Assembly (NCBI GenBank): GCA_031372635.1
Contig: JANMLQ010000081.1
Span: 10,743 to 74,742 of the forward strand
Reading direction: 5' to 3'
Source of the DNA: Akkermansiaceae bacterium
Lineage (GTDB): Bacteria > Verrucomicrobiota > Verrucomicrobiia > Verrucomicrobiales > Akkermansiaceae
DNA: 64,000 bases
The notes beneath the pieces were generated by a model. It had not been told where the DNA came from. It did no database searches and saw nothing but the letters and a program-made list of their open reading frames with translations. Position 1 is the stretch's first letter, and each line of letters begins with the position of its first letter. This document shows positions 8,313 through 17,824 of this stretch, one piece after another. Both the position numbers and the translations under genes were made by a program.

Positions 8313-9848
8313 ATGTCCGCCCCAAGCGAGCCGGAAAAATACTCCATCGACGAGATGATGGAGAGACTCAAGATCCGCCCGGCGGAAGACCCCATCGAGG
8401 ACGGCGAGTTGGTGACACGCGCGGATGGAAGCCAGGCGATCCGAGTGCGCAAGCGCAAGCGCCGTTCCCATCAGCCGCACAAGGAGGAAGTGAAGCAAGG
8501 CACCCGCTCGCGCATGTTCCAGATTTCCGGAGCACTCATCCTGCTACTGCTGGCGCTCTTCGCAGCCGGAGCGGCCATCGTTTATGCGAACAGCGCGCCA
8601 TTCCGCGAGGGACTCGTCCGCATGATCGCGGAAAGCAGCGGCGCAAAACCGGATCTCAAGCAGTTCCGCATGAACCCGACCGGTGCGAATGCCGGCAGCA
8701 TCACCCTCAACTGGCCTGCCGGAAACGCCTTGCGCAATCTCACCGTGCGCGGAATCTGTGCGGAGATCTCCCCAGCCAGTTTCCTCGGGAAATCTCTGGT
8801 GGGCGAGGAAGTGACCGCCGCTGAAGGGGAGCTGAACATTTGGCTTCCACAAGCGGACCAGCCCGCACGCGATGTGCAGCCTCACGCAGGGCCGCTGCCG
8901 ATCCTTTTCAAACTCTACGCGATTCCGAAATTCCATGTTCTAGTAGGTGATCCCGCCGCGCCGCTGATCCGCATGATGAACACGGAAGCATCCTTCCATC
9001 CCGAAAACGCCAGTGGCCGCGCGCAATTACTGCTTAACCGTGGCGACATCACCATCAATGGCTGGCCCAAACTCAAGATGGACCGCTCACACATTGAATT
9101 CCGTGGCAGCGAGGTGGATGTCGTCGGCCTCCGGCTCCGCCATGATGATGATACGCGTGGCGGCTTCGAACTCAGCGGCACATTCTCGCCCTACGATCCG
9201 TCCCGCGCATCCACGCTTGCGGTCCAACTCGAATCCTATCCCACGGCAGGTATCATGGGGCCGGAACTGGGACGCTTGATCGATGGCAGGATCGATACAG
9301 TTTCCTCCGCAAAATCTAACTACCTGTCATTCACTCCCGCTCCGGTCACCGACACCTCGCTGGCCGTCACTTTCCGCAACAGCATCTCCTCACCGATGAA
9401 GGTCAGCGGCTTTCCCTTCCTCTTCGGCCTCTCTCAGATTTTCGCGGACGAATGGTTCCTGAGCCCTACCTTTGATACAGACGCCAGCGGAGCCATCCGG
9501 CGTGCCGATGGCAATATCAGCGTCAGCGATCTGAACTTCGAGAAAAAGGACTGGATGGCCCTGCGCGGCGGCCTCGCGATGACCCGCGATCTGCGCATTT
9601 CCGGCAGTATGGAAGTCGGCGTCGCCGTCGCGCTCATCAATGCAACGATCCAGTCAACCAACAACAAACGGCTCGACAGAATGTTCGGCCCGCCGACCGA
9701 TGGCTTCCGCTGGATCAGCGTGAAAATCTCCGGCACAGCCGCCAGTCCGACGGACAATTTCAAGGATCTCTTCCAAGCCGCCGCCAGCAAAGAACCCGCG
9801 CCGTCCGGAGCCATACCGAGCTTCGAGGATCTCACCAAGCCCGAGTGA
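8313..9848 (+). CDS. hypothetical membrane-anchored protein (one TM near residues 70-92, large extracytoplasmic domain)
   Basis: 511-aa ORF with coding-like composition and the hydrophobic segment ISGALILLLLALFAAGAAIVYA. No motif recognised. Confidence 0.6.
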   Translation: MSAPSEPEKYSIDEMMERLKIRPAEDPIEDGELVTRADGSQAIRVRKRKRRSHQPHKEEVKQGTRSRMFQISGALILLLLALFAAGAAIVYANSAPFREGLVRMIAESSGAKPDLKQFRMNPTGANAGSITLNWPAGNALRNLTVRGICAEISPASFLGKSLVGEEVTAAEGELNIWLPQADQPARDVQPHAGPLPILFKLYAIPKFHVLVGDPAAPLIRMMNTEASFHPENASGRAQLLLNRGDITINGWPKLKMDRSHIEFRGSEVDVVGLRLRHDDDTRGGFELSGTFSPYDPSRASTLAVQLESYPTAGIMGPELGRLIDGRIDTVSSAKSNYLSFTPAPVTDTSLAVTFRNSISSPMKVSGFPFLFGLSQIFADEWFLSPTFDTDASGAIRRADGNISVSDLNFEKKDWMALRGGLAMTRDLRISGSMEVGVAVALINATIQSTNNKRLDRMFGPPTDGFRWISVKISGTAASPTDNFKDLFQAAASKEPAPSGAIPSFEDLTKPE

Positions 9849-10024
9849 AATTGCGGCGCGCCTCGTGATTTCCAAGTGTCCGCAGTCCTTGTGCCATGCC
9901 CGCAAATCATGCGGAAATTTTTTCAAAGAACAGCATGGCGTTCCCACGGATTCTCGTTCATTCTGGATGACGGATAAGGCGACTGAAACCGCCATCCATT
10001 CACCCAAACCAAACCATAAACACC

Positions 10025-10621
10025 ATGCAAACTGCCAACGTCAATCTGCCGATCACCGTCACGGTCCGCCACGAGCAAGTGACTGATGCACTCCGCGATC
10101 ACGCCCATAAGAAAATCGAGGGACTGCACCTCGACTACCCGCGGATCATCGAAGCCAAAGCCATTCTGGACGTTCAGAAAAACCGGCACGTTGCCGAAAT
10201 CATACTCTTTTGCGCCAACCATATCACCATCGAAGCCCACACCGAGGGCAAGGATATGTATGCCGCGCTGGATGAGACCATCGAGAAAATCGCCCGCCGC
10301 ATGCGCAAGCACAAGACGCGGCTGATGAAGAAGAACCGCCCGCATCGCAACGAGTCGATCCGGCATCTGGATGAACGCTATTTCAACGAAGATGTGCTGG
10401 ACCACCCGCAGGATTCGGAAGCGGATCCCATCCCCTACATCGTGCATCCCGATCACTATGCGATCCGCACGATGTATAAGGAAGACGCCATCATGCAGCT
10501 CGAACTCTCGGACCGCCCCTTCGTGCTCTACAAAAGCGCGCGCCGTGGCTGCCTGACCATCGTTTACCGCCGCAAAGACGGCGAATACTCGGCCATCGAC
10601 ATCAAGGACGGCGCTCCCTGA
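10025..10621 (+). CDS. hpf: ribosome hibernation promoting factor, long form
   Basis: RaiA/HPF N-domain (ITVTVRHEQVTDALRDHAHKKIEGL...) plus the long-HPF C-terminal domain. Confidence 0.9.
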   Translation: MQTANVNLPITVTVRHEQVTDALRDHAHKKIEGLHLDYPRIIEAKAILDVQKNRHVAEIILFCANHITIEAHTEGKDMYAALDETIEKIARRMRKHKTRLMKKNRPHRNESIRHLDERYFNEDVLDHPQDSEADPIPYIVHPDHYAIRTMYKEDAIMQLELSDRPFVLYKSARRGCLTIVYRRKDGEYSAIDIKDGAP

Positions 10622-10641
10622 TTCATAGTTGCTGCGAATCC

Positions 10642-10675
10642 AGCCGGGCGGGAGAAATTCCGTCCGGCTTTTTTC
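10642..10675 (+). terminator. rho-independent terminator after hpf
   Basis: Stem AGCCGGGCGG / CCGTCCGGCT followed by TTTTTT. Confidence 0.6.
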
Positions 10676-10728
10676 GCGCAACTTCCACCCATCTTGTCAT
10701 GAGGCTCCTGCCATTGACGATTGAGGAA

Positions 10729-11385
10729 ATGGATAGAGTGACTCGTTTCCTGCTGCTGTTCTTACCGTCACTCATGCCGCTTGCGGTGTAGGTCATAGGC
10801 GAAGAAACGAAGCCATCCCCAGCAGCCGAAGTCGCAGGCTTCGACATCCCCAAAGCCATGCGCGCGGATGGCACCGCAGTCCCGCTCGATAAGCTCGTCA
10901 CCGCCGTGAACTAAGACCTCGCCATCGGCCCGGAACTCGTCGAGATCGACGCCATGATCAAGGGCTGAAACTCCGGCGGTCCCATCCTACTGGCCTACAG
11001 CAAAGTGATCGGCATCGTCTCCCATTTCAGGGAAGAAACCCGTGATGACTCACGCGTCACGGATGCCGATAAGGATACGGTGGTGCGGCGTTTCGGCTAC
11101 CGGGTGGACAACATGAAATCATGGCAGACTCCAGACTGGAAACGCTTCGTTTCCCAAGGCGAAAGAGTCGCTCGCGTGGAGTCCACCAGCAGTGACTTCA
11201 TGAAGCTGCTCAACAGCCGCTTCGAGAGCTGGAACGGAAACGAGCAGATCGGAAAAATCAGGGGAAAAATTCCAGAAGAACATAAATGCCGCTCGATCTC
11301 AAAAAGAAGTCTATGGCGATCTTCCCAAAGCTTTCACCGAACTCAAGCAGATCACCCTGACCGACTTGAACGCCGCCGAGTCTGA
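10729..11385 (+). pseudogene. decayed trypsin-like (S1C/HtrA-type) serine peptidase remnant
   Basis: One reading frame runs from a signal peptide (MDRVTRFLLLFLPSLMPLAV) through three in-frame stops: TAG 10789, TAA about 10912, TGA about 10966. The TGA replaces the Gly of the catalytic motif (IDAMIKG*NSGGPI versus TDAAINPGNSGGPL). The His/Asp region is missing and frames break further downstream. Confidence 0.6.
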
Positions 11386-11614
11386 TCCATCGCTCTACTG
11401 GTGGTGGAAACACACGCTCACCCAACAACGGATTTCCGAAAGAGACTCGACGAGGCGTTCGAGAAACAAGCCGCAGAAGCCCGCCAGAAACGGTGACTTG
11501 GAAGCCTCAAGCAGCGCCTCGATTTCAAGCCGCAGACCTGCGAAAAACGACCGAAAATTTTGCGGCAACTCGCCGCTTTACAAGGTGCGGGGCGGCTCCC
11601 ATAGTCCCGCGCCC

Positions 11615-12181
11615 ATGATTCTAGCTGCGACCGATTGGCTCTCCATCAGCATCAACCTCCTGTTGGTGGTTTTCGTTATTGTCTGCCTTCTGATGACACT
11701 GGTCATCCTGATGCAACGCCCGAAACAGGAAGGTCTTGGAGCCGCATTCGGTGCCGGTGTGACCGATCAAGTCTTCGGCGCGCGCACCACCAATGTCCTC
11801 CAGCGCGGCACGGTCTATCTCGGTTCGTTGTTTTTCATTCTGAGCCTCACTCTCGCCGTGCTCATCGGCCACAAGAATCAGAAAACCAGCCTCCTTAAGG
11901 ACAAAACCGCTGCCGCGAAAGTGGAGAAGGCAGAGCCAGAAAAACCGGCGGAAACCGTGAAGCCGAAGTCCCTCAGCGAGGAACTGCCGGTGGAAAATAA
12001 TCCTCCGGTCGTGATTCCTGCTCCCGCACCTGTGGAAACCCCAGCTCCGCAGCCTGAACCTGCTCCAGCGCCCGCTCCCGTTGTCGAGCCTGCTCCCGCT
12101 CCCGTTGTCGAGCCTGCTCCACCCGCAGCACCTCCCGCCGACGCTACTGCTCCTCCGGCAGATAAGCCCGGCCAACTCTGA
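11615..12181 (+). CDS. secG: preprotein translocase subunit SecG with long Pro/Ala-rich C-terminal extension
   Basis: ORF trimmed to ATG 11615. Two TM segments flank QRPKQEGLGAAFGAG, typical of SecG, followed by a low-complexity tail of about 100 aa. Confidence 0.8.
   Translation: MILAATDWLSISINLLLVVFVIVCLLMTLVILMQRPKQEGLGAAFGAGVTDQVFGARTTNVLQRGTVYLGSLFFILSLTLAVLIGHKNQKTSLLKDKTAAAKVEKAEPEKPAETVKPKSLSEELPVENNPPVVIPAPAPVETPAPQPEPAPAPAPVVEPAPAPVVEPAPPAAPPADATAPPADKPGQL
12071..12118 (+). repeat. perfect 24-bp tandem duplication inside the secG tail
   Basis: CCCGCTCCCGTTGTCGAGCCTGCT occurs twice, encoding PAPVVEPA twice. Confidence 0.8.
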
Positions 12182-12193
12182 CGCTTTGACAGG

Positions 12194-13411
12194 GTGACGA
12201 AAGCCGCCCGCGAAAATCCAAACGTCCCCATCTGGGCGCGTGATGAAGCGTTTCCCCCTGCCCCCGGTGGCTGGGGCTGGGTGGATCTGAAAGGTGGACA
12301 ACATCCGTGCGAATCACCGGAAACACTGATCCAAGCCATCCGCGAAGACCGCAATGCCGGCGTGGTGCTCGCTTGGACTCCGGACTTTCCTCACATGGTC
12401 CTGCCGGAGGAGGTGTCCGGCGCGAGCGATGCTATGCTGGCATCCCGCAAACGCATGGCGGCGGATGATCTCACCGATGCGCACGGCAAGCTCCGCTGGT
12501 TTGGCATCTTGCTCGCCGGACTGGGCATTTACCTGCTCTATCAGGGATGGTTGATCGCTCCTCCTGTAGCCGGGCGTTTCGCGTTCGCCTGCAAGGCCAT
12601 GCTGACGTCGATGTCCATGGGCATCACGCTGCTGATGTTCCTGATCTTCGCATTCATCCCCTGGTATCAGGCGCGGAAACGATTGCGCGAACTCGCCCGC
12701 TGGACGGACGGGGACATCGCGGAAGTCGTTCCGCTGCTGCGTTTTGAAACGTGGCTGGAATCTCAGAAAGCGCCGATGACCCGGTTGCTGTTAGTCATCA
12801 TCAGCGCGGTGGGTCTTGCGCAGTTTCTTCCCGGAGACGCGCTTGCCGCCGCAGGCCTCGTCAAGGAACGCTACCTGCACGGGGAAACGTGGCGGCTGTT
12901 CACAGCCCCGATGTTGCACGACAATCTGATCCATTTCCTGATGAATGCCTCCGCGCTGCTCTACCTCGGCAAGCGATTGGAGGTTTTCGCGCGCTGGCCA
13001 CATCTGACACTGGTGTTCCTGTTTTCCGCATGCATCGGCGGCGAGGCGTCCGCGCGCTTCCTCGCGGCTCCTTCGGTGGGTGCGTCCGGCGGGCTGATGG
13101 GTTGGCTTGGATTTCTGTTAGTGTTCGAGTCGCTACACGGCGAACTCGTCCCGAGCAAGGCACGGCGGCGTCTGCTGGCAGGCGTGCTGCTCACCGGGCT
13201 GATCGGATTCATCGGCTACCGCTTTATCGACAACGCGGCTCACATCGGCGGGCTGCTCGCCGGAATGCTCTACGCCGTCATCGTTTTCCCAAAGTCCAAC
13301 TCGCCTGCACGCCCGCGCTCCACCATCACCGACCGCGTCGCGGGCAGCGCCGCACTGGGCGTGATCGTGCTCTCCGCTCTATTCGCGGTGATGAAGATCC
13401 TCGGGAACTGA
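12194..13411 (+). CDS. rhomboid family intramembrane serine protease with N-terminal extension
   Basis: GASGGLMGW (GxSG) and AHIGGLLAGMLYA motifs in a polytopic C-terminal half. GTG start. Confidence 0.85.
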   Translation: MTKAARENPNVPIWARDEAFPPAPGGWGWVDLKGGQHPCESPETLIQAIREDRNAGVVLAWTPDFPHMVLPEEVSGASDAMLASRKRMAADDLTDAHGKLRWFGILLAGLGIYLLYQGWLIAPPVAGRFAFACKAMLTSMSMGITLLMFLIFAFIPWYQARKRLRELARWTDGDIAEVVPLLRFETWLESQKAPMTRLLLVIISAVGLAQFLPGDALAAAGLVKERYLHGETWRLFTAPMLHDNLIHFLMNASALLYLGKRLEVFARWPHLTLVFLFSACIGGEASARFLAAPSVGASGGLMGWLGFLLVFESLHGELVPSKARRRLLAGVLLTGLIGFIGYRFIDNAAHIGGLLAGMLYAVIVFPKSNSPARPRSTITDRVAGSAALGVIVLSALFAVMKILGN

Positions 13412-13493
13412 TAGAAACCCGGTTTGGAATCCGGCCGGGGTTTTCAAACAGCTTGGGAGTTGCGGAACCAGTGATCCCGGATATTTTGCGCGC

Positions 13494-14222
13494 ATGATTG
13501 CAAACAGCCTCGCACTATTCGGTATCGCGCCCGGTGGATTTTCACTCACCTACATCGTCATCATCGGCGTGACGATGCTCACCAGCATTCTCATCAGCGG
13601 AATGTTGAAGCGCCGTTTCAACGAATACTCGCAGATCCCGATCCGCATGACCGGCGCGGAGATCGCTCAAACCATGCTGCGCCAGAATGGCATCACTGAT
13701 GTGCAAGTCATCAGCGTTCCCGGCCAACTGACCGATCACTACGACCCGGTGAAAAAAACCGTGAACCTCAGTGAACCGGTGTATCACATGAACACGGTGG
13801 CCGCCGCCGCAGTCGCCGCCCACGAATGCGGGCATGCGCTGCAACACGCGCAAGCCTACGAATGGCTGGCACTGCGCTCGAAGCTGGTGCCCGCCGTGCA
13901 GTTTTCCACTAATGCGCTGAACTACATCATGATCCTAGGCTTCATTGGCGTCGGCTTCATGCACAACGCCACGTTTCTCTGGATCTGGATCGGCCTGTTC
14001 GCGGTGACCACCATGTTTTCCGTCATCACGCTGCCGGTGGAGTTCGATGCGAGCCGGCGTGCCCTCGCCTGGCTGGATAAGAGCGGTTACGCCGCCAGCA
14101 TGGAGCATGAGAAGGCGAAAAACGCCCTGTTCTGGGCCGCCATGACTTACGTGGCCGCCGCCGTGGGATCGGTCGCCCAGCTTCTGTATTTCGTGATGAT
14201 GGCGCTCAATCGCAGGGAGTGA
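13494..14222 (+). CDS. membrane zinc metallopeptidase (YugP / Zn_peptidase_2 type)
   Basis: AAHECGHALQH HExxH motif. TM segments at the N-terminus and in the C-terminal half. Confidence 0.85.
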   Translation: MIANSLALFGIAPGGFSLTYIVIIGVTMLTSILISGMLKRRFNEYSQIPIRMTGAEIAQTMLRQNGITDVQVISVPGQLTDHYDPVKKTVNLSEPVYHMNTVAAAAVAAHECGHALQHAQAYEWLALRSKLVPAVQFSTNALNYIMILGFIGVGFMHNATFLWIWIGLFAVTTMFSVITLPVEFDASRRALAWLDKSGYAASMEHEKAKNALFWAAMTYVAAAVGSVAQLLYFVMMALNRRE

Positions 14223-14449
14223 GCGCCCGCCAGGAATGTGAAAGGGGAGGGGATGAGCGGTCGTAATGCACCGCCTCAGAACCGTTCTGGGAGCTTGACA
14301 GTCGGCATCCCGCCTGCTTGCCTCCGGCGTCCGGTGCCTGATTTTCAATCATTTGCAGCCGTCTGGGCGATAGCTTCATCAAAAAGCATCGAAATCACGA
14401 CCGCCCCGGCAACCGACGATTCCACCACCATTCAACTCTATCCTGCATC

Positions 14450-15952
14450 ATGGACTGGTCCTCTCCCATCTGGTACGCCGCCTACATTCTCGTCCTCATC
14501 GGTCTTGCTGGCTACGGCTCCCACCGTCTGGCGATCGTGTTTCTCTACCTCAAACACGCGCGCAACCATCCAAAGCCGAAGGAATTGTTCCAGGATCTGC
14601 CGCTGGTGACGGTGCAGCTTCCGGTTTTCAATGAAATGCACGTCGTGGACCGCCTGCTGGATGCCGTCTCCGCGATGGATTACCCGCAGGACAAGCTGCA
14701 GATCCAACTTCTGGACGATTCCACGGACGAAACCGTCGGCATTTGCCGTGATGGAATCGAGCGCCTCAAGGCCCGCGGTTTCGATGCCGAGCACATTCAC
14801 CGCACCGACCGCACCGGCTACAAAGCAGGCGCTTTGGAAAACGGCACTCGTTTCGCCAAGGGTGAGTATCTCCTGATTCTCGATGCCGACTTCGTCCCCA
14901 ATCCCGACCTACTTCAGAAAACCATCCACTACTTTACGGATGACAAGATCGGCATGATCCAGACGCGCTGGGGCCATCTCAACCGCACCTTCAACGTGCT
15001 TACCCGCATCCAAGCGATGTTCCTCGATGGCCACCTCGAGCTGGAACAAACCGCGCGCAACCGCTCCGGTCGCTTCTTCACCTTCAACGGCACTGGCGGC
15101 ATCTGGCGCAAGTCCTGCATCGCCGACGCCGGCGGTTGGGAACACGACACACTCACCGAGGACATGGACCTCAGCTACCGCGCGCAGCTCAACGGCTGGC
15201 GTTTCATTTTCCTCAACGACGTGGAAACCCCCGCCGAGCTACCGGTGGACATGGATGGCTTCAAGAGCCAGCAGCACCGCTGGACCAAAGGCTCCATCCA
15301 AGTCTGCAAAAAAGTCCTGCCAGCCATCTGGCGCGCCGACGTGCCGCTCTTCATCAAGATGGAGGCCACCGCCCACCTTACTTCCAACTTCGCCTACCTG
15401 CTGCTCATCGTGCTCTGCTTCCTGATTTATCCGAACCAAAAATGGCAGCCGGATTTCGGAAAATTCACCTACTACATCATCAATATCCCGATCTTCTTCT
15501 TCTCCTCAGTCTCTGTGATCGTGTTCTACATGGTGTCCCAAAAAGCACTCCGCCCTGGCTCATGGTGGAAAGAAATCCCCTACCTGCCACTGCTACTCGC
15601 GCTCGGCATCGGGATGTCCATCAGCAATGCCAAAGCCGTCATCGAGGCGCTTTGCAACCACCAGACCGCCTTCGTCCGCACTCCGAAATACGGCATCGGC
15701 CAGAACCCGCGCTCCGATTGGAAAAAGAGCAGCTACAAAGCCATGAAGACGCTCACTCCCTTTGTCGAGCTGCTATTCGGCTTCTTCTTCCTGTTTGTCG
15801 TGGTCGATGCCGCGATGAGGGGAAGTTGGACTTCGGCCATTCTTCTGCTTCCCTTCCCGATCGGATTTTTCTACACATCACTCAGTTCACTCTCCCGCAT
15901 GTTGCCATCTGGCGCCGCGGCACCTGAGCCAGAAACTGTGAATCGCAAGTGA
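14450..15952 (+). CDS. family 2 glycosyltransferase, processive synthase-like (CslA/cellulose-synthase-like)
   Basis: LDDSTD, ILDADF, TEDMDLS and QQHRWTKGS (QxxRW) motifs with flanking TM helices. Confidence 0.88.
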   Translation: MDWSSPIWYAAYILVLIGLAGYGSHRLAIVFLYLKHARNHPKPKELFQDLPLVTVQLPVFNEMHVVDRLLDAVSAMDYPQDKLQIQLLDDSTDETVGICRDGIERLKARGFDAEHIHRTDRTGYKAGALENGTRFAKGEYLLILDADFVPNPDLLQKTIHYFTDDKIGMIQTRWGHLNRTFNVLTRIQAMFLDGHLELEQTARNRSGRFFTFNGTGGIWRKSCIADAGGWEHDTLTEDMDLSYRAQLNGWRFIFLNDVETPAELPVDMDGFKSQQHRWTKGSIQVCKKVLPAIWRADVPLFIKMEATAHLTSNFAYLLLIVLCFLIYPNQKWQPDFGKFTYYIINIPIFFFSSVSVIVFYMVSQKALRPGSWWKEIPYLPLLLALGIGMSISNAKAVIEALCNHQTAFVRTPKYGIGQNPRSDWKKSSYKAMKTLTPFVELLFGFFFLFVVVDAAMRGSWTSAILLLPFPIGFFYTSLSSLSRMLPSGAAAPEPETVNRK

Positions 15953-15959
15953 GAAAACC

Positions 15960-16592
15960 ATGCCCGGATTCAAAACGACCCGAATCCTCCTGATTGGCTT
16001 GTCTGGCATCCTTGCTAGCATCGGCCTCACCGGCTGCGGCTCCACCGGCATCTTCGGCAGGGACACGAGCAACAAGATGATCGTCAGTGTGAGCGATCAA
16101 AAAATGCTCCTCGTCCGCGACGGCACCCCAGTCAAAACCTACAAGATCTCGACCTCCAAATTCGGCGTGGGCGACCGCCCCGGCAGCCACTGCACCCCGC
16201 TCGGACGCCTCCAGATTGCGAAGAAGATCGGCGACAAGGCACCGATCGGCTGCGTTTTCAAACAACGCCGCCCTACCGGTGAAGTCCTCAAGCCGAACGC
16301 ACCCGGCCGTGATCCCGTCGTCACCCGTATTCTCTGGCTGAAAGGCACCGAAACTCGCAACCGCCACACCTTCCACCGCACCATCTACATCCACGGCACA
16401 CCCGAGGAGAAACGCCTCGGCGCACCTGCCTCATACGGCTGCATCCGGATGGCCAGCAAGGACGTGGCGGACCTCTACAACCGCGTCGGCTACGGCGCGG
16501 ACGTCTTCGTCATCCGCGGCTCCATCCAGTCCAAGCGCTCCAGCCAGAACGCCGCATCCACCAGCATTTCAGGCTCCCCCAATCGCGGATGA
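15960..16592 (+). CDS. L,D-transpeptidase (YkuD domain) lipoprotein
   Basis: Lipobox-like LTGC and catalytic IHGTP...SYGCIRM motif. Confidence 0.88.
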   Translation: MPGFKTTRILLIGLSGILASIGLTGCGSTGIFGRDTSNKMIVSVSDQKMLLVRDGTPVKTYKISTSKFGVGDRPGSHCTPLGRLQIAKKIGDKAPIGCVFKQRRPTGEVLKPNAPGRDPVVTRILWLKGTETRNRHTFHRTIYIHGTPEEKRLGAPASYGCIRMASKDVADLYNRVGYGADVFVIRGSIQSKRSSQNAASTSISGSPNRG

Positions 16593-16682
16593 CAATCCGC
16601 GAAACACGAGCTTGACACTCGAAGCTCATTCCCTATTTTCCCCCGCCCGCCTCCGGGCTACTGACTTTTTCAAGACACCACC

Positions 16683-16946
16683 ATGGCCAATCACAAATCC
16701 TCGATCAAACGCACGCGCCAAACCATCGTCCGGACCGAGCGCAATCGCGCGGAAAAAAGCCGCATGAAGACTCTGCGCAAGAAAACCCTCAGCGCCATCG
16801 CCGCCGGTGATAAAGTCGCCGCAGCCGCAGCCAGCTCCGAGTTCACCTCAGCCGTGGACAAGGCCGCAAAGCGCAACGTCATCCACTCGAATAAAGCTGC
16901 GAACCTCAAGAGCAAGACTGCCAAGGCGATCGCGGCCATCGCCTGA
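16683..16946 (+). CDS. rpsT: 30S ribosomal protein S20
   Basis: MANHKSSIKRTRQTIVRTERNR... canonical S20 N-terminus. 87 aa. Confidence 0.93.
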   Translation: MANHKSSIKRTRQTIVRTERNRAEKSRMKTLRKKTLSAIAAGDKVAAAAASSEFTSAVDKAAKRNVIHSNKAANLKSKTAKAIAAIA

Positions 16947-16972
16947 TCCCTCCGGAAATTTCCCACGAAACA

Positions 16973-17002
16973 AGCGGACCGGCTCCCCGGTGCCGCTTTT
17001 TT
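16973..17002 (+). terminator. rho-independent terminator after rpsT
   Basis: Stem AGCGGACCGG / CCGGTGCCGCT followed by TTTTTT. Confidence 0.55.
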
Positions 17003-17012
17003 CATCGCCACC

Positions 17013-17243
17013 ATGTCCGACTCCCCTCCACCGAACCGCGCTGCCACCGCCGCGAAAATCGCCGCCAATCCCACGGGCTACAAAGTCTGTGAGGGCTGCG
17101 ACTCGATCGTCGGCTCCGGCGCGGCGCTCTGCCCGAATTGCCACAGCTACCGCTTCGAAACCTCGGCCGATCGCGTGATCCTCCAAGCGAGAATCCTCGG
17201 CGCACGCGAGCAGACTTCGGTGACTGCGAATGATCTCGGTTGA
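17013..17243 (+). CDS. small zinc-ribbon protein (CxxC...CxxC)
   Basis: 76-aa ORF with CEGC-x12-CPNC. It overlaps the next ORF by 4 nt. Confidence 0.5.
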   Translation: MSDSPPPNRAATAAKIAANPTGYKVCEGCDSIVGSGAALCPNCHSYRFETSADRVILQARILGAREQTSVTANDLG

Positions 17244-17824
17244 TCTCATTTCACATGGAAACGCCCACCGGTTTCAAAGAGTGGCAGATCGTTTGTGACG
17301 CGCTCGCCACGGGCCGCCAGTCGATCCTCCTGCGCAAGGGCGGCATCCACGAAGGACGCCACGGTTTCTCCTTCGCTCATGAATCCTTCTTCCTCTTCCC
17401 CACGCGTTTCCACGCACAGGGAGATCAAGTCCGCGAAGGAGAAGTGAAGGTCATGCCCGAGTGGCAACCCGGCGACGAGATCCGCATCACCCACCACGCC
17501 GAAGCCTTGTGGGCCGTCACCCTCACGGGTTGGGAAAAAGTCACCGCCCTCGAGCCGCTGCACATCTATTCCGAGTCCACTGTGAGAGACCGCTTCGACT
17601 GGGAGGGCAAAGGCATGGCCTCCGGCAGCATTCATCTCGCCATCGTGCGGGTGCGCGAACTCGCCGAACCCTGGGTTTTCTCCTATCAAGCCAGCTTCGG
17701 TGGCTGCCGTAGTTGGATCACACTGCCCGAGCCACCTGCAGGCTGGAAGGAAAACGCCCGCCCGCTACTGGATGACGCCGCGTTCCAAGCACTCAACGCG
17801 CGTCTCAGCCAAGGCGCTGCTTGA
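17240..17824 (+). CDS. DUF1802-like protein
   Basis: FKEWQIVCDALATGRQSILLRKGGIHE... matches my recollection of the DUF1802 N-terminus. The start may instead be ATG 17255. Confidence 0.65.
   Translation: MISFHMETPTGFKEWQIVCDALATGRQSILLRKGGIHEGRHGFSFAHESFFLFPTRFHAQGDQVREGEVKVMPEWQPGDEIRITHHAEALWAVTLTGWEKVTALEPLHIYSESTVRDRFDWEGKGMASGSIHLAIVRVRELAEPWVFSYQASFGGCRSWITLPEPPAGWKENARPLLDDAAFQALNARLSQGAA

Noticed and set aside
9923-10681. 252-aa minus-strand ORF opposite hpf
   Set aside because: It has no recognisable motifs, whereas the plus strand encodes a textbook long HPF followed by a terminator.
10729-11385. Stop-codon recoding or read-through as an explanation for the three in-frame stops
   Set aside because: All three stop codons (TAG, TAA, TGA) terminate well-supported genes elsewhere in the window. 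The protease is also missing its His/Asp half and frameshifts downstream. Decay is the simpler reading.
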